Below, one piece after another: positions 23,196 through 35,056 of a stretch of 64,000 nucleotides of DNA. Below the pieces are notes generated by a model. That model was not told where the DNA came from. It did no database searches and saw only the letters and a list, made by a program, of their open reading frames with translations. This stretch comes from Nitrospirota bacterium. GTDB lineage: Bacteria > Nitrospirota > JACRHJ01. Positions within the stretch are counted from its first letter, which is position 1; each line of letters begins with the position of its first letter. The stretch lies in NCBI GenBank assembly GCA_963845245.1, contig CAWJRJ010000011.1, positions 32,001 to 96,000 on the forward strand. Reading direction: 5' to 3'. The translations under genes were made by a program, and so were the position numbers.

Positions 23196-23435
23196 TCAGG
23201 GCGCGCTGCATGACCATTCCTTCTCCTGCTCATCGTAGCACAGGATATATACAAGGTTGTCGTTGCACTTGACCCTGAAACAAGTCTTTACTCCCCTTTC
23301 CTCAACCTGTTGTTCCCTCCATCTTGCGAGTACCTCGACTACCTCGACCATCATGGAGCCGAAGAAGAACTTGCGCGGCGTCTCCTCTCCCCTGTACCCT
23401 GAATATGAAATAACTTCAAGTTTTTTGCCCGGCAT
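23196..23435 (-). CDS. Small hypothetical protein
   Basis: 79-aa ORF with RBS-like GAAGGG; YSGYRGEETP...FRVK pattern. Confidence 0.6.
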   Translation of the reverse strand: MPGKKLEVISYSGYRGEETPRKFFFGSMMVEVVEVLARWREQQVEERGVKTCFRVKCNDNLVYILCYDEQEKEWSCSAP

Positions 23436-23637
23436 GGCCAGCCCTTCTGGTTAACTTTACTTACCATTATAGCATTCTACAGGATCGCAGGATTGTGGCG
23501 TTATTCTCTTTTGTTGTAGCATATTATCGCCTGATGATGTACTTTGGTAACCAGCCTTGTATTCCTCCCTCGCCGCGAAGCGGACTCGTCTGGCGGCATC
23601 ATGTTTTTTACGTCCCGAGCCTAGTCAGGAGGTCCAA

Positions 23638-24249
23638 GTGCCCCAACGGATAGACGAACTGATACTTAAGATGAAGGCCCTGGAAGAAGAGCTAGAGGCG
23701 GAGTTCGATAAAAAAAGGACGGATTTCAAATTCGTCATCGACAAAAAACGGGTCTGCTTCGCCGAAGAGGTGGCCAGGCAGCAACTACGGCTCAGGACTG
23801 GCATCTTTCGCTACGTAATCGATATTCCGCTCCTCTTCATACTTGTCGCGCCAATCATTTACATCGGCATCGTGCCTTTCTTGTTTTTGGACCTGTTCCT
23901 TTTTCTATATCAGACAATCTGTCTCCCGGTATATGGCATACCCAAGGTAAGACGCTCGGACTACCTCGTTTTCGACCGCGAGGACCTGCCCTACCTCAAT
24001 TCCATTGAAAAGTACGGCTGTTTCTACTGCGCCTACGCGAACGGGATGGCTGCGTTCACTCGCGAGATAGCCGCACGCACAGAGCAGTATTTCTGTCCCG
24101 TCAAGCACGCGCGCCGCATCATCTCCGCCCACGAACGCTACCCGCGCTTTTTTGAATACGGGGATGCCGAAAGCTATGTCAAAGGGCTGGAGCGGCTGCG
24201 AAATGATTATGGGGATGATACAAAAGATACAACGGATACGAAAAAATGA
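23638..24249 (+). CDS. Hypothetical membrane protein with CxYCxY and FCPVKH motifs
   Basis: AGGAGG RBS before GTG at 23638; TM segment; Cys/His motifs. Confidence 0.7.
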   Translation: MPQRIDELILKMKALEEELEAEFDKKRTDFKFVIDKKRVCFAEEVARQQLRLRTGIFRYVIDIPLLFILVAPIIYIGIVPFLFLDLFLFLYQTICLPVYGIPKVRRSDYLVFDREDLPYLNSIEKYGCFYCAYANGMAAFTREIAARTEQYFCPVKHARRIISAHERYPRFFEYGDAESYVKGLERLRNDYGDDTKDTTDTKK

Positions 24250-24255
24250 AACAAG

Positions 24256-24291
24256 CAAAATGCCGCTTACAGCATCGTAAGCGGCATTTTG
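24256..24291. repeat. TTAC-N6-GTAA palindrome, copy 1
   Basis: CAAAATGCCGCTTAC agcatc GTAAGCGGCATTTTG between convergent genes. Confidence 0.85.
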
Positions 24292-24320
24292 ATAATAAGC
24301 GCAATAAAGTGGCAGCAGCC

Positions 24321-25196
24321 TTAATTGCCTTTTATTCCCATCGCCTGTTTGGCAACCGTTAAGACATCACCTGCCGGCAGTATCACAGGCATTATCCCTA
24401 GCGCATTCATCCCGCCTGAGAGAAGGCTGCCCATCCGCGATTTATCCGTCGCCTTCGATATCCTGAGAAGGGAAATGCCGACAAGCTTCCCGTCGAGTGA
24501 AAAAACCGGGGCGCCGAGCCTGCTCATTAAGGTTTCGCTGTCGGCGACATATACTTTTCGCGGAAGAGCGATAACGGCTTCGATACGGTTCAGCGAGACT
24601 GAAGGAGTGCGGCCCTCGGTCTTGTCCAGGCGGCCAAGGACCAAGACTGTATCGATTACGTTTGGCTTGCTTTCCCCGGAGATGTCTATGGCGGAGGCAG
24701 GCTTCTTTAGTTTTTCAGCCGGCCTTATAAACGCGAGATCGAGGTCTCCGTCCCTCATTATAACATTGGCCGGTATTTCCTGCCCATCGGACATCACCAT
24801 GGTCAAACCAGCTATCTCGCTTTTTATGTCCACCTCGGGCCCTTCACCTGAAGCCTTTAATTTTTTTAAAAGCCCGCTGTAAATCCTGGTTGGATCGATT
24901 GTTGAACAGGAGAGGACCGCCAGTCCTGAAGGGTCTATCACGGTAGCCAGGGTCTCGACCTCGTTTTCTTCCTTCATCTGCTCGTTCCCCCCGACAACCA
25001 CGCGTACCTTTACCGTCGCCTTTACCGAGATGACCGCGTCTGCCGACCTGCCGAGGATGGCCCTCGCCGCCTCTCCTTCATCGGCCGCATGGGCTGTGGT
25101 CGCCGCCATGGACATTGAAAGTATTAACATAAGACAGAACGTCCGCAGGGCTAACCCGATCCCGGTGCTAAAACTTTGCATTCTCGCTTCCTCCAA
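24321..25196 (-). CDS. Secreted trypsin-fold protein lacking catalytic His and Ser
   Basis: ATVIDPSGL and DLDLAFI retained; TNxHV and GNSGG replaced by LSCST and SRLGAP. Confidence 0.7.
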   Translation of the reverse strand: MEEARMQSFSTGIGLALRTFCLMLILSMSMAATTAHAADEGEAARAILGRSADAVISVKATVKVRVVVGGNEQMKEENEVETLATVIDPSGLAVLSCSTIDPTRIYSGLLKKLKASGEGPEVDIKSEIAGLTMVMSDGQEIPANVIMRDGDLDLAFIRPAEKLKKPASAIDISGESKPNVIDTVLVLGRLDKTEGRTPSVSLNRIEAVIALPRKVYVADSETLMSRLGAPVFSLDGKLVGISLLRISKATDKSRMGSLLSGGMNALGIMPVILPAGDVLTVAKQAMGIKGN

Positions 25197-25211
25197 TGAT
25201 TTCGTGTGCTA

Positions 25212-27302
25212 TCACTTGACATCGGCTTTCGCCGGTTCCAATTCGATAAACATTGTATGAATAGCCCTCTGGACCTTGAAGACCACGCTTTTGGGCTTGT
25301 CGGCCATGGCCCGTTTCATCTCCCTTTCAAAAGAGACAGTACCTGCGACCGGCCTGCCGTCCACCGCCAGAATGAGGTCTCCGATTGATAACCTTGCAAG
25401 CGAGGCCCATCCGCCTTCGCTTACGGATTCCACAAGCACGCCACTGCAATCTTTCCCGGTATCCTCATTCGCATCATCCATAAAACAGACGTCCCGTACC
25501 GTGAATTCAAAATCCTTGTCGGTGTATTTCTTCATCTCCTTCGAAGGTTGGGGGGATTGCTCCAGGACCACTTCGAGTGCGGACTTGTCCGCCCCCCTCT
25601 GTATACTCAACTCAACCTTTGTCCCGATGGCGTACCTGTGCACCATCTCGTCCAGGAGGTCGCCGTCTTCAGGCGAGGACGGGCTGACGGCCTCTCCGTT
25701 TAAGCCTGTGATGACGTCGCCAACCTTGAGCCCGGCCTTTTCGGCGCTGCAACCAGGGTAAACCCTGGTTATCCTCATACCGCGAAGCCCGGGGACGCCA
25801 AGGTTTTCTGCAATCTCCTTCGTGACCACCTGGGTCGCGACCGGCAGCCACGCCTTGCGCGCGTCTATCCCCTGCTCCTGTGATTCTTCCTTGTTGCGAA
25901 GCTTGACGACTGTCAGGACACGTTCTTTTTCCCTGTCAAACGTCACCAGGACCGGCACCGACGCGTCTTTGTCTTTGGTGATTTCGCTACTCAGCTTCTG
26001 GAGTTCTTCCATGTTCTTTACGGTAACGCCGTTAACCAAGACGATAACGTCGCCGGCAGCAATCTTGGGCTCTCCCTCCCTGCACGGCCCGCCCGGCCTT
26101 ACACTCGTCACCATTACCCCGTCCCTGTTGTCCCGTTTCATTTCTTTCGAATCCATCAGGGACAGGTTACGCGCGGTCATCCCCCATTGAAAGAGTTCCG
26201 CGTTCTTCGGCATGACATATTCTCTTTCCTGTGAGGTAACACTCAGGACGATCTCTTTATCATCACGCTGCACAACAGCATCAACCGTGCTGCCCACCGG
26301 GATGTCCATCATCATCTGGTTGACGATGGGTATCTCTTCCGGAAAACTGACGTCCACATCTTTACCAGCTATTTTAACGAGTATGTCGCCCGGCATAAAA
26401 CCGGCCTTCTCAGCCGGGCCGCCCTTCATGACCCCGCTTACAAGGGCCCCCTTTTTGTGGTCCACATGCCTCAGGAGCGGCTGGATGTCGAGACCGAACC
26501 AACTCCGGCTCACCTTCCCGAACTTTATAAGTTTCTCCGCTACGTCCTTTGCCTGGTTGCCGGGGATGGCGCCGCTTATCCCGATGCTTATCTCGTTGAT
26601 CCCCACTATTTCGCCTCTTAGGTTGACCAGCGGGCCACCGGAATTGCCGCCGAATATCTGCGCGTCGTGCCCTATCCAACGAACGATGGACCCGACGTTT
26701 TCACCTTCAAGGATCAATCGGCTCCTCTCAGGCAAAAACTCTGGAAATACGACTTCGGTGTTGCTGACTATGCCCATGGTCACTGACTGGGAAAGAGCCA
26801 GAGGGCTTCCCATTGCCAGCACCCGGTCTCCTACCCGAAGAATGGAGGAATCGCCGAACTCCGCAAAGGGGAACTCCTTTTTTTCATCAGGCCGCAACTT
26901 GATGACCGCTATATCCGCAAGCGGGTCTGTGCCTATCAGGTCTGCCGCTACCTCTTCCTTATCGGACAAGGTGCAGACTATCTGCCTGGCCCGCCCTGCT
27001 ACGTGGTGGTTTGTTATCACGTAGCCGTCCTTTGTTATTATGGCACCGCTGCCGGACGCCTCGTATTTCAGTTCACGGCCGTTCTCGTACCTCGATGCGA
27101 CGACGAATATCCGGACCAGCGCAGGCTTGACCTTTAGTATCGCATCGTCAATTGCCTTTTTGAGGGCGTCGGGCGGGCTTTTCGCCTCGATTGGTACAGG
27201 CTGTTCCGTCCCGTCTCCCAAGGCGGGTGAAACAAAGAACAGTGGAAAAGTGGCCAGGCTTATACATATGGCGGCTGTTATGGAAAGTTTCTTGCTTGAC
27301 AT
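25212..27302 (-). CDS. HtrA/DegP-like serine protease with four PDZ domains
   Basis: TNHHV, DIAVI, GNSGGP; four GDxI-type PDZ repeats; signal peptide from MSSKK. Confidence 0.9.
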   Translation of the reverse strand: MSSKKLSITAAICISLATFPLFFVSPALGDGTEQPVPIEAKSPPDALKKAIDDAILKVKPALVRIFVVASRYENGRELKYEASGSGAIITKDGYVITNHHVAGRARQIVCTLSDKEEVAADLIGTDPLADIAVIKLRPDEKKEFPFAEFGDSSILRVGDRVLAMGSPLALSQSVTMGIVSNTEVVFPEFLPERSRLILEGENVGSIVRWIGHDAQIFGGNSGGPLVNLRGEIVGINEISIGISGAIPGNQAKDVAEKLIKFGKVSRSWFGLDIQPLLRHVDHKKGALVSGVMKGGPAEKAGFMPGDILVKIAGKDVDVSFPEEIPIVNQMMMDIPVGSTVDAVVQRDDKEIVLSVTSQEREYVMPKNAELFQWGMTARNLSLMDSKEMKRDNRDGVMVTSVRPGGPCREGEPKIAAGDVIVLVNGVTVKNMEELQKLSSEITKDKDASVPVLVTFDREKERVLTVVKLRNKEESQEQGIDARKAWLPVATQVVTKEIAENLGVPGLRGMRITRVYPGCSAEKAGLKVGDVITGLNGEAVSPSSPEDGDLLDEMVHRYAIGTKVELSIQRGADKSALEVVLEQSPQPSKEMKKYTDKDFEFTVRDVCFMDDANEDTGKDCSGVLVESVSEGGWASLARLSIGDLILAVDGRPVAGTVSFEREMKRAMADKPKSVVFKVQRAIHTMFIELEPAKADVK

Positions 27303-27511
27303 TGCTTTGGTTCTTTCGTTAAAGTTAGAGGCTTGGTGAATCGAAGATTTTTTCGGCATACGAGGACTATTTTATATCGACTACCAGCATAATAGCAAAC
27401 AATAAATTCGCCGCCGGGTTCCTTGTTACGCCTTGTTAAGGAACAGGCTTCCGAAAGGAGGTTTTAGCGCGAGATAGCTGGTTTGGCAGGACGGTAATAC
27501 GGACTCCTCAC

Positions 27512-29368
27512 TTATCTGGACTGGTCAACAGGTATCAATAACCTGAAGGTGCTCCCCTTACCCTGCTCGCTTTCAAGTTCAACTCTACCTCCGTGTGCTT
27601 CAGCCACCGCCTTTACGATAGCAAGGCCAAGCCCGGTGCCCTTGATGCCGGCAGTCTTATTGGAGCGATAGTATTTATCAAATATCTTCCCACGCTCTTC
27701 CGGCGCAACCCCTGGGCCAGTATCCGATACGGATACAATGACTTGTTTGCCTGGCCCACCCGATATCGCCTCCGCTTTAAGCGTTACGTTCCCGCCTTCC
27801 GGCGTGTAATTGAGTGCGTTCTGCAGCAGGTTGCCGACTGCCCTCTCCATATGTTTTTTGTCAAGCAAAGTCACTGGTATTTGGTCAGATATATCCGCCT
27901 TGAACACTATACCCGTCTGCCTCGCCAACGGCATAAAATCGTCATAAACCTCTGTCAGCATGACTGCCACGTCAACAGGCTCCAGCTTGATCAGGATGCA
28001 GCCGGGCTCCATCCCCGCCGCAAGGAAGTCGTCCGCAAGCCTCATGAGCTTCACTCCGCTGCGGGCCGTTGCTTTCGCCATTTCCTCAATGTCATTATCC
28101 GCCTTGTCTTTTGCAGCCTTGACGATAAGCGAGGAGTACCCGAGTATGGCGGTAAGGGGCGACTTCAGGTCATGTGTCACCATCGCGTAAAAGTCGGCAC
28201 GTTGGCGTTCCAGGTTTTTCTTTTCCGTTATGTCCCGGAAATACCATACCCTGCCATAATACCTTCCGTCGGCTCCAAACATCGGCGATGTATAGCGGTC
28301 TAGTGTCCTGCCATCTTTAAGCTGGATCTCGTCTCTGCATGTCTCTGTGCGATGTTCGTAGAGATAGTTCACTCTTTCTAAGAATTCATCCGGTTTTTCC
28401 AGGTAACGCAAGACCGATTTGAGGGCAAGCTCGTCTGACCTTGTATCTTCAACCTCCTGCGGAATCGGGATATTCCAGATTTCTATGAACCGCTTGTTGT
28501 ACGATATGATTTTGCCGTCCGGGTCCACCATAAGTATCCCATCAAGAGTCGCCTCCTGCTGGGCGGATAAAAGGACGTTCTTGGTCTGTAAGGCCTCCTC
28601 GGACTGTTTGCGCGCGGTTATATCCCTCACTATTGCCTGTATATACGTTTTCCCTTTTAGATTGATGCGGTTCAGCGAAAGTTCTGAGTCGAAAGGAGTA
28701 CCGTCTCTATGAAGTGACGTCCAATTGAACTTTTGGGGTGAGCCGTTCAAAACAGCGGGTATTACTCTTAGAGCCATTTCTTCCGAGCTTTCGCCGTCCG
28801 GCTGGGATGATGGCGCGAAATCTAGATAAGAATGACCTATGATTTCGCTTTTGTCATCAAAACCGTACATTTCCACGCCCCTTGAGTTACAATCGACGAA
28901 GACGGGGCCGTCGACCAGAAATATCCCGTCGTCTGCAGATTCGAAAAGGGTACGAAAACGCTCTTCACTATCCTGAAGAGCCTCCTCCGCTTGTTTACGT
29001 TCTCTGATATCATGGGTTATACAGTTCAACGCTATTATTTCATCTCTTTCATTACGAAGCGGTACGGCACGGGTTTCCAGCCAAAGGCGTCTTCCTTTCA
29101 GGCTTACCATCTCAAATTCAAACGACCCGGTGCCTCCTTTGGAAATCTTTTCCCCGAACGCTTTAAAACTCTCATGATACTCCGGGGCAACCAAACCAAA
29201 GACCGATCTCCCCTTCACCTGATCGATAGAGTCCGCCTCTATCATAGTAAGCCCCGCCTGGTTCATCGTAAGCACGATACCTTCGACGCTTATTAGTTTG
29301 ATGCACACAGGTGCGGTATCTATAATAGTTTGCAGATATTCTCTGCTTTCATTAGGTGCGCCAGCCAT
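27512..29368 (-). CDS. PAS x3 histidine kinase
   Basis: THDLKSPL, NALNY, GTGLGL; three PAS domains. Confidence 0.85.
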   Translation of the reverse strand: MAGAPNESREYLQTIIDTAPVCIKLISVEGIVLTMNQAGLTMIEADSIDQVKGRSVFGLVAPEYHESFKAFGEKISKGGTGSFEFEMVSLKGRRLWLETRAVPLRNERDEIIALNCITHDIRERKQAEEALQDSEERFRTLFESADDGIFLVDGPVFVDCNSRGVEMYGFDDKSEIIGHSYLDFAPSSQPDGESSEEMALRVIPAVLNGSPQKFNWTSLHRDGTPFDSELSLNRINLKGKTYIQAIVRDITARKQSEEALQTKNVLLSAQQEATLDGILMVDPDGKIISYNKRFIEIWNIPIPQEVEDTRSDELALKSVLRYLEKPDEFLERVNYLYEHRTETCRDEIQLKDGRTLDRYTSPMFGADGRYYGRVWYFRDITEKKNLERQRADFYAMVTHDLKSPLTAILGYSSLIVKAAKDKADNDIEEMAKATARSGVKLMRLADDFLAAGMEPGCILIKLEPVDVAVMLTEVYDDFMPLARQTGIVFKADISDQIPVTLLDKKHMERAVGNLLQNALNYTPEGGNVTLKAEAISGGPGKQVIVSVSDTGPGVAPEERGKIFDKYYRSNKTAGIKGTGLGLAIVKAVAEAHGGRVELESEQGKGSTFRLLIPVDQSR

Positions 29369-29549
29369 ATTTGACTCCACTGGTAATCGAAAGGATGCAG
29401 TATAAATGGTGAGACCTGATGTATTCAAGGCAGTCCTTGCCGCTCTCAACCACGGCAATCAAAACTAGGGGGGATTCTTCATGTATCCGGCGCGCAATAA
29501 AATTGTTTATCTCGGCGGAGGCGTCGACAATCAGCAAACTCAGGCCCAT
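29369..29549 (-). pseudogene. Receiver-domain remnant upstream of the kinase
   Basis: MGLSLLIVD...VESGKDCLEY...CILS matches the first half of the REC domain of 41376..43271; the rest is missing. Confidence 0.6.
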
Positions 29550-29697
29550 AATTCAACTCCCGGATCGGGGACTAATTACGTCCAGATAGCCATGTCATAC
29601 ACGTCGACAGGATTGATTCTAATTTATACCTTTATGGTTGTAAAGTATATTCGGCAGGCGGCGCGGCTTTGAGACTCTACTGGCAGCACCCTTTGGG

Positions 29698-32600
29698 TCA
29701 GGCCGCTTCCTCCATTTCTGCCAGTATATCGAGGAAGGCTTCCGCCACCTTCGGATCGAACTGTGCCCCTGAGCAACGCCTGAATTCTTCGGCGGCGTAG
29801 TCAATTCCGGCCGAAGGCCTGTACGGCCTGTCGGCTGTCATTGAATCGAAGGAGTCTGCAACGCAGAGTATCCTGGCGAGCAACGGGATCTCCTCACCTT
29901 TAAGTCCCGCGGGGTAGCCGCCGCCGTCCCAACGCTCATGATGGTGCAGGATAATCGGGATTATCCCCTTGAACTGCCTTATCGGTCTCAGTATGTTTGC
30001 GCCTGCCTCCGGGTGTTTTTTCACCAGCGCGAACTCGTTTCCGGTAAGCGTCGCCTGCTTGTCCAGGATAACGTCGTATGTCCCAATCTTTCCGACGTCG
30101 TGGAGTAGACCGGCGAGTCTCAGCTCTTCCAGTCTCCTGATGGCTTAGCCCCATCCTCTCGGCCAACATCAACGCGTACCTTGTGACTCGCTCAGAGTGG
30201 CCTTTCGTCCATGGGCTCTTGGCATCTATTGCCGATGCCAGGGCTGTGACGACGCTTATGAACATCTCCTCCAGGTCTGAGAGCAGGCGCGAGTTCTCAA
30301 GCGCTATGCCAAGCTGGTTGGCTAGGTTCTCAATGGTCCTGATGTCTTCGAAGGTAAAGCCTGCAACGCGGTAGCTGCCTAGATGAAGCAGGCCTACGCC
30401 TTTGCCCTTTGCGATAATCGGTATGAATACATCCGACTTTATGCCGCCTTCAAGCAGGGTCTTGTCCATTTCGGTCAGAACGGTTTCCTCCGTCAGGTTT
30501 TTGCGGGCCAGAGTCTTACCGGTATTGAGTGTCTGATAACCAGGACATTGGTCATAAGTGATTACATCGCCTATTTTAATGTTCAGGCACCAGCCGTAGC
30601 AGAACCGCAGGATAGCGGCTTCCTCGTCAAGCAAGATGACGCTCGCAACGTCGGCAGGGGCAACCCTGCGTATCTGGGAGATGGCTCCGCCCATCATCTC
30701 GTCACGGTCGAGTGTTGATAGTATCCTCTTGTCTATCTCGGAAAGTACCTTCAAGGTCTCGAGCGACCTTGCCAGCTCTATACTCTTGTTTTGAGTTTCC
30801 ATATAAAGGTGGCTGTTGTCGTAGGAAACGCCCAGCTGTCCTGGCGATGCCTTCGATAATCTTTAGCCACACGCGAGTCGGACGGCAGCCGGTCAAAGTT
30901 GACGCAAAGGACGGCTATAACCTCGCCCCTTGTGATTACTGGGGTCAACAACAGGTCACTCAGGCCCAGGGTTCTCGGCATAGCCGGCCAACCCAAACTC
31001 TTTGAGCTCGTCCCTTTCCAGGAGCAAGGTAGCCTTAGAGGTAACTACATCGTTGAATGCGCTTATGTCCTCTACCCTTGCCCTCAAGGTGTAGAAATAC
31101 TTTATGCTGTCGGCAGGCATGCCCGCGGAACTGAGGGGCGAGAGTATCCCGTCGCTGATTATCTGAAATATCATAACGCCTTGGCCGGCAGTTAGTTCGT
31201 TCACCAGCCCGGCGATGTTGCCTGTCACATCCTCCCAAACAATGTTTCTACTTGTTATGTTGGCGGCTTCCAGCAGAGCGCCTGTGACCGCGACTTCGTT
31301 TTTGAGCGCTTCCACGGCCTGCTTGCGTTCGGTGATATCCTTGAAAGTGACAACAGCTCCGACAAGTTTACTGTCTTCCCACATCGGCGTGCTGGTGTAT
31401 TCCACCGGAAGGCTCGACCCGTCCTTTCTGAAAAACACCTCTTCAGTCGTCTGCTGGATACTGCCTCTGTTCAACGCGTTCATGACCGGACATTCGTCCG
31501 TGGGATATGCGGACCCATCTGGCCGTATGGAGTGCCAGGTCTGGTGCGTTTGTCTGCCGATAAGCTCTCTTGTCTCCCACCCCAGCATTTTTGCCGCTGC
31601 CGGGTTTATGAACGTTATCGCCCCCTTCACGTCCACTCCGTAAATCCCGTCACCGGCCGAGTTCAGGATAAGCTCGTTTTTCTGAGAAAGCCGTCTTAAC
31701 TCATCCTCTGACCGTTTGCGTTCTGTGATGTCCCTGGTAACGCCAAGCAGAGCGATTATTTCATCTTTTTCGTTGCGAAGCGGTACGGCATGGGTCTCCA
31801 GCCGGAGGCGTCTTCCCTTGAAGCCTATCATATCAAATTCCAGCGTCCCGGACCCACCCTGACAAACCTTTTCTCCAAGCGCCTTGAAGGCCTCGCGGTG
31901 CTCGGGAGCAATCAAACCAAAGACCGACTTCCCCTTCACCTGATCCAGGGAATCTGCATCTATCATGTCCAGCCCAGCCTGGTTCATCATGATCAGCCTG
32001 CCATCGGCAGAAAGCAACTTGACGCACTCCGGCTCTGTGTTTATGATGGTCTCCAGAAAATTCTGGCTGGCCCTAAGGGCGTCTTCGGCCAGCTTGCGCG
32101 CGGAGATGTCTATGCCGATGCCGGCAAAATACGCCTTGCCGCCGATATCAAGACGGACCGCGGTGAAATGGTGCAATACCTTTGCGCCGCTCTTCATCTG
32201 CAGATTACCGTCGGCTTCCGCGTACCCTTCAGCAAAGCAACGCTCGACACCGCGGGTAATCACTTCGATGTCCTCTTCGCTCCCACGGTACCAATCGAGG
32301 AGGTGCATCTTTCCCAGCTCCTCGGCGGAGTACCCCGTAAGCGTTTCATGCTGCTTGTTCCAGCGGATCAAATTTCCCTCATCGTCGTAGAGATAGAGCA
32401 TACCAGGGACGCTGTCGAACAGTGCTTTGGTTAATACCTGTTCCCTTTTCAGCGCCTCATCGGCCTGCTTGCGCTCAGTGATGTCTCTGAATATCCCCAT
32501 CATATATGTCTTCCCGTCCAATACCATGGGGGTGGAGTTGATGTCGGCGTAAAAGACGGTTCCGTCCTTCCTTTTCACCGGGAGGTCTTGGGCGAGCGAG

Positions 32601-35056
32601 ACCTCTCTCCTCATCTGCCGCTCAAACTGCTCCATTACATACGGCAGGTCTTCTTCTGGATGAATATCACTCACTCCAAGTGTCTTGATCTCACCGAGGC
32701 TGTAACCGAGCATATCACAGACGGTTTTGTTGCCATCGTGAAAAACCCCGCTATCCAGGTCCACGAGGATGATCCCGTCGGTTGCCTCATCGAAGATGGT
32801 CCTGAATTTCTGCTCGGACTGTTGTACCTTCTCTTCTGCCTGCTTGCGGAGTTTTTCCTGCTCCATAGTCCATAACGAGAAGGACGTATCCGCTGCAAGT
32901 TCGTCCAGGAGCCGTACCTCTTCGTCGTCGAAAAAAGCCGGGATGTCGGAGTGGAAGGCTATTATTGCCACACTGGCATCCTTGGGTTTGATGGGAAATA
33001 TCGCGGTGGAGCGGTAGCCGCGCTTTAGTGCCTCATCCCTCCAGGGTATGACACAGGACTCATCGGCCAGGTCGCCACATACGAAGTGGCTGCCGGCCAT
33101 AATGGCTTCGTGCATAGGGCCTAAGCCCTCAGGGGCATGTTTCAGGACGGCATCAGGAAAGCCATCGTTTCGTCCGCAGACCGCCACAGGCCTCGCAGAA
33201 CGAGTCACTTCGTCAATGAGGCCTACCCAGGCCTTTGCAAAACCTCCATCCTCCACGGCTATCCTGCATATACTGTCAAAAAGATTCTGTTGGTCCGGCA
33301 CCCTGATTATGAGTTGGTTAACATTGCTAAGAACGCGGTAAACGCGGTTGAGGTCCCTGATTTTCTCCTCGGCAGCCTTACGTTCAGTGATATCCTGGAC
33401 GGTGCCGATCCCTGTCAACGCATTGCCGTTTTCGTCGAATTCCACTTTCGCGATTTCTTTGACCCACTTTGTCTCGCCTTCTACAACTATCCGGTGCTCG
33501 ATATCATACGGCTTCCGCTCAAGCGCAGCCGCCCAGGCATTATTGACGTATGCCCTGTCGTCCGGATGCACATCGGAAAGGAAAATTTCGTACGTCAAGG
33601 GCGTACCTGCCGGAATCCCGAAGATACGGTATGCCTCATCGGACCATGTCAATAAATTTTTTACTACATCAAGATACCAGCTGCCGACATGGGCAACTTC
33701 CTGCGCTCTTTTGAGGTTTGCTTCACTCTTCTGTACCGCTTCCTCTGCCTGCTTGCGTATTTTTTCCTGCTCTATAGTCCATAACGAGAAGGAAGTGTCA
33801 GCTGCAAGTTCATCCAAAAGCCGTACCTCTTCGTCGTCGAAGAAAGCCGGGCTGTCTGAGTGGAAGACTACTATTGCCACACTGGCATCCCTGGGTTTGA
33901 TGGGAAATATAGCAGTGGAGAGGTAGCCACGCTTTAGTGCTTCATCCCGCCAGGGTATGACGCAGGACTCATCGGCCAGGTCGCCGCATACGAAGTGGCT
34001 GCCGGCCATAACGGCTTCGCGCATAGGGCCTAAGCCCTCAGGGGCATGTTTCAGGACGGCATCGAGAAAGCCGTCATCTCTCCCGTAAACCGCCACTGGG
34101 TTGACCAAGTGCGTGTCTTTATGGATGAGGCCAACCCAAGCCTTTGCAAAACCTCCATCCTCCACGGCTATCCTGCATATACTGTCAAAAAGATTCTGTT
34201 GGTCCGGCACCCTGATTATGAGTTGGTTGACATTGCTAAGGACACGGTAAACGCGGTTGAGGTCTCTGATCTTGCCATCTGAGTAAGAGACCTGCTCCGC
34301 CATCCTGTCAAAAGTCTGACCCAGGGTCGCAATCTCATCTTTGCCATGAAAGCCGGTACGTACGTCCAATTGGCCAGACGCGAGCTGTTCCGCGCTCTTT
34401 ATCAGGCTTGTTACACGCCTTGAAAGGCTGAAATAAAAGAACATCCACAGCAGGACCGCAAACCCGCCCATGGACAGCAACATGATGATCATCCGGTGGT
34501 ATGCCCTGCTGTGCCTCAGGGCCTTCTGGAGACCAAGGTCATAGTGCGCGTACAGGATGCCGATGCGAGAAGGACGTAGTTCGCCCGCCTTTAATCCAAA
34601 GGCCACGGGAAAATAGCCGCTGACGTATCTTCTGTCGTCGGAAATCCGCACCACGCCGGACATCGTTTTCCTGGCATTCGCCATCATGGACTGGTCCAGG
34701 TACGGTGCAGCCTCCTGCCAGCTCCTGCCTGCCTCAGCGATATGCGTAGAGGTGACTACACTGCCCTGCTCGTCAATCAGCATTGCCGATTTGAAGTTGG
34801 TTTCCGCTCCTCTGTTAAGAAGCTCGTTTTCGGCACTGGTCGTGTCGTTTTGCGCAAGGAGCCTGTTCAGTGTTCCTTGAAGCGCTGTCATATCCTGGAC
34901 CAGCTCGGCAGATACCTCTTCTTCGACATCCCTGTCGCCCGTGATTTTAGTATATTGGAAGATGAATACCGCGACTGCGGCAGCAAAAAGGACGATTGCC
35001 ACGGGGATAGCGGTCCTCAGCCTGAACCTGTATAGCAGTGCCGGAAGCCATTTCAT
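29698..35056 (-). CDS. Large membrane HAMP-GAF-PAS-GAF-PAS x4-GAF-GAF-HD-GYP phosphodiesterase (3' frameshifts)
   Basis: ORFs 30956..35056, 30778..30996, 29936..30802 and 29698..30024 are colinear with the paralog at 5317; HHERWDGGGYP. Confidence 0.8.
32835..34271. repeat. Internal GAF duplication (about 32835-33362 and 33744-34271, offset 909 nt)
   Basis: Near-identical KIRDLNRVYRVLSNVNQLIIRVPDQQ...DTSFSLWT blocks at DNA and protein level. Confidence 0.9.
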
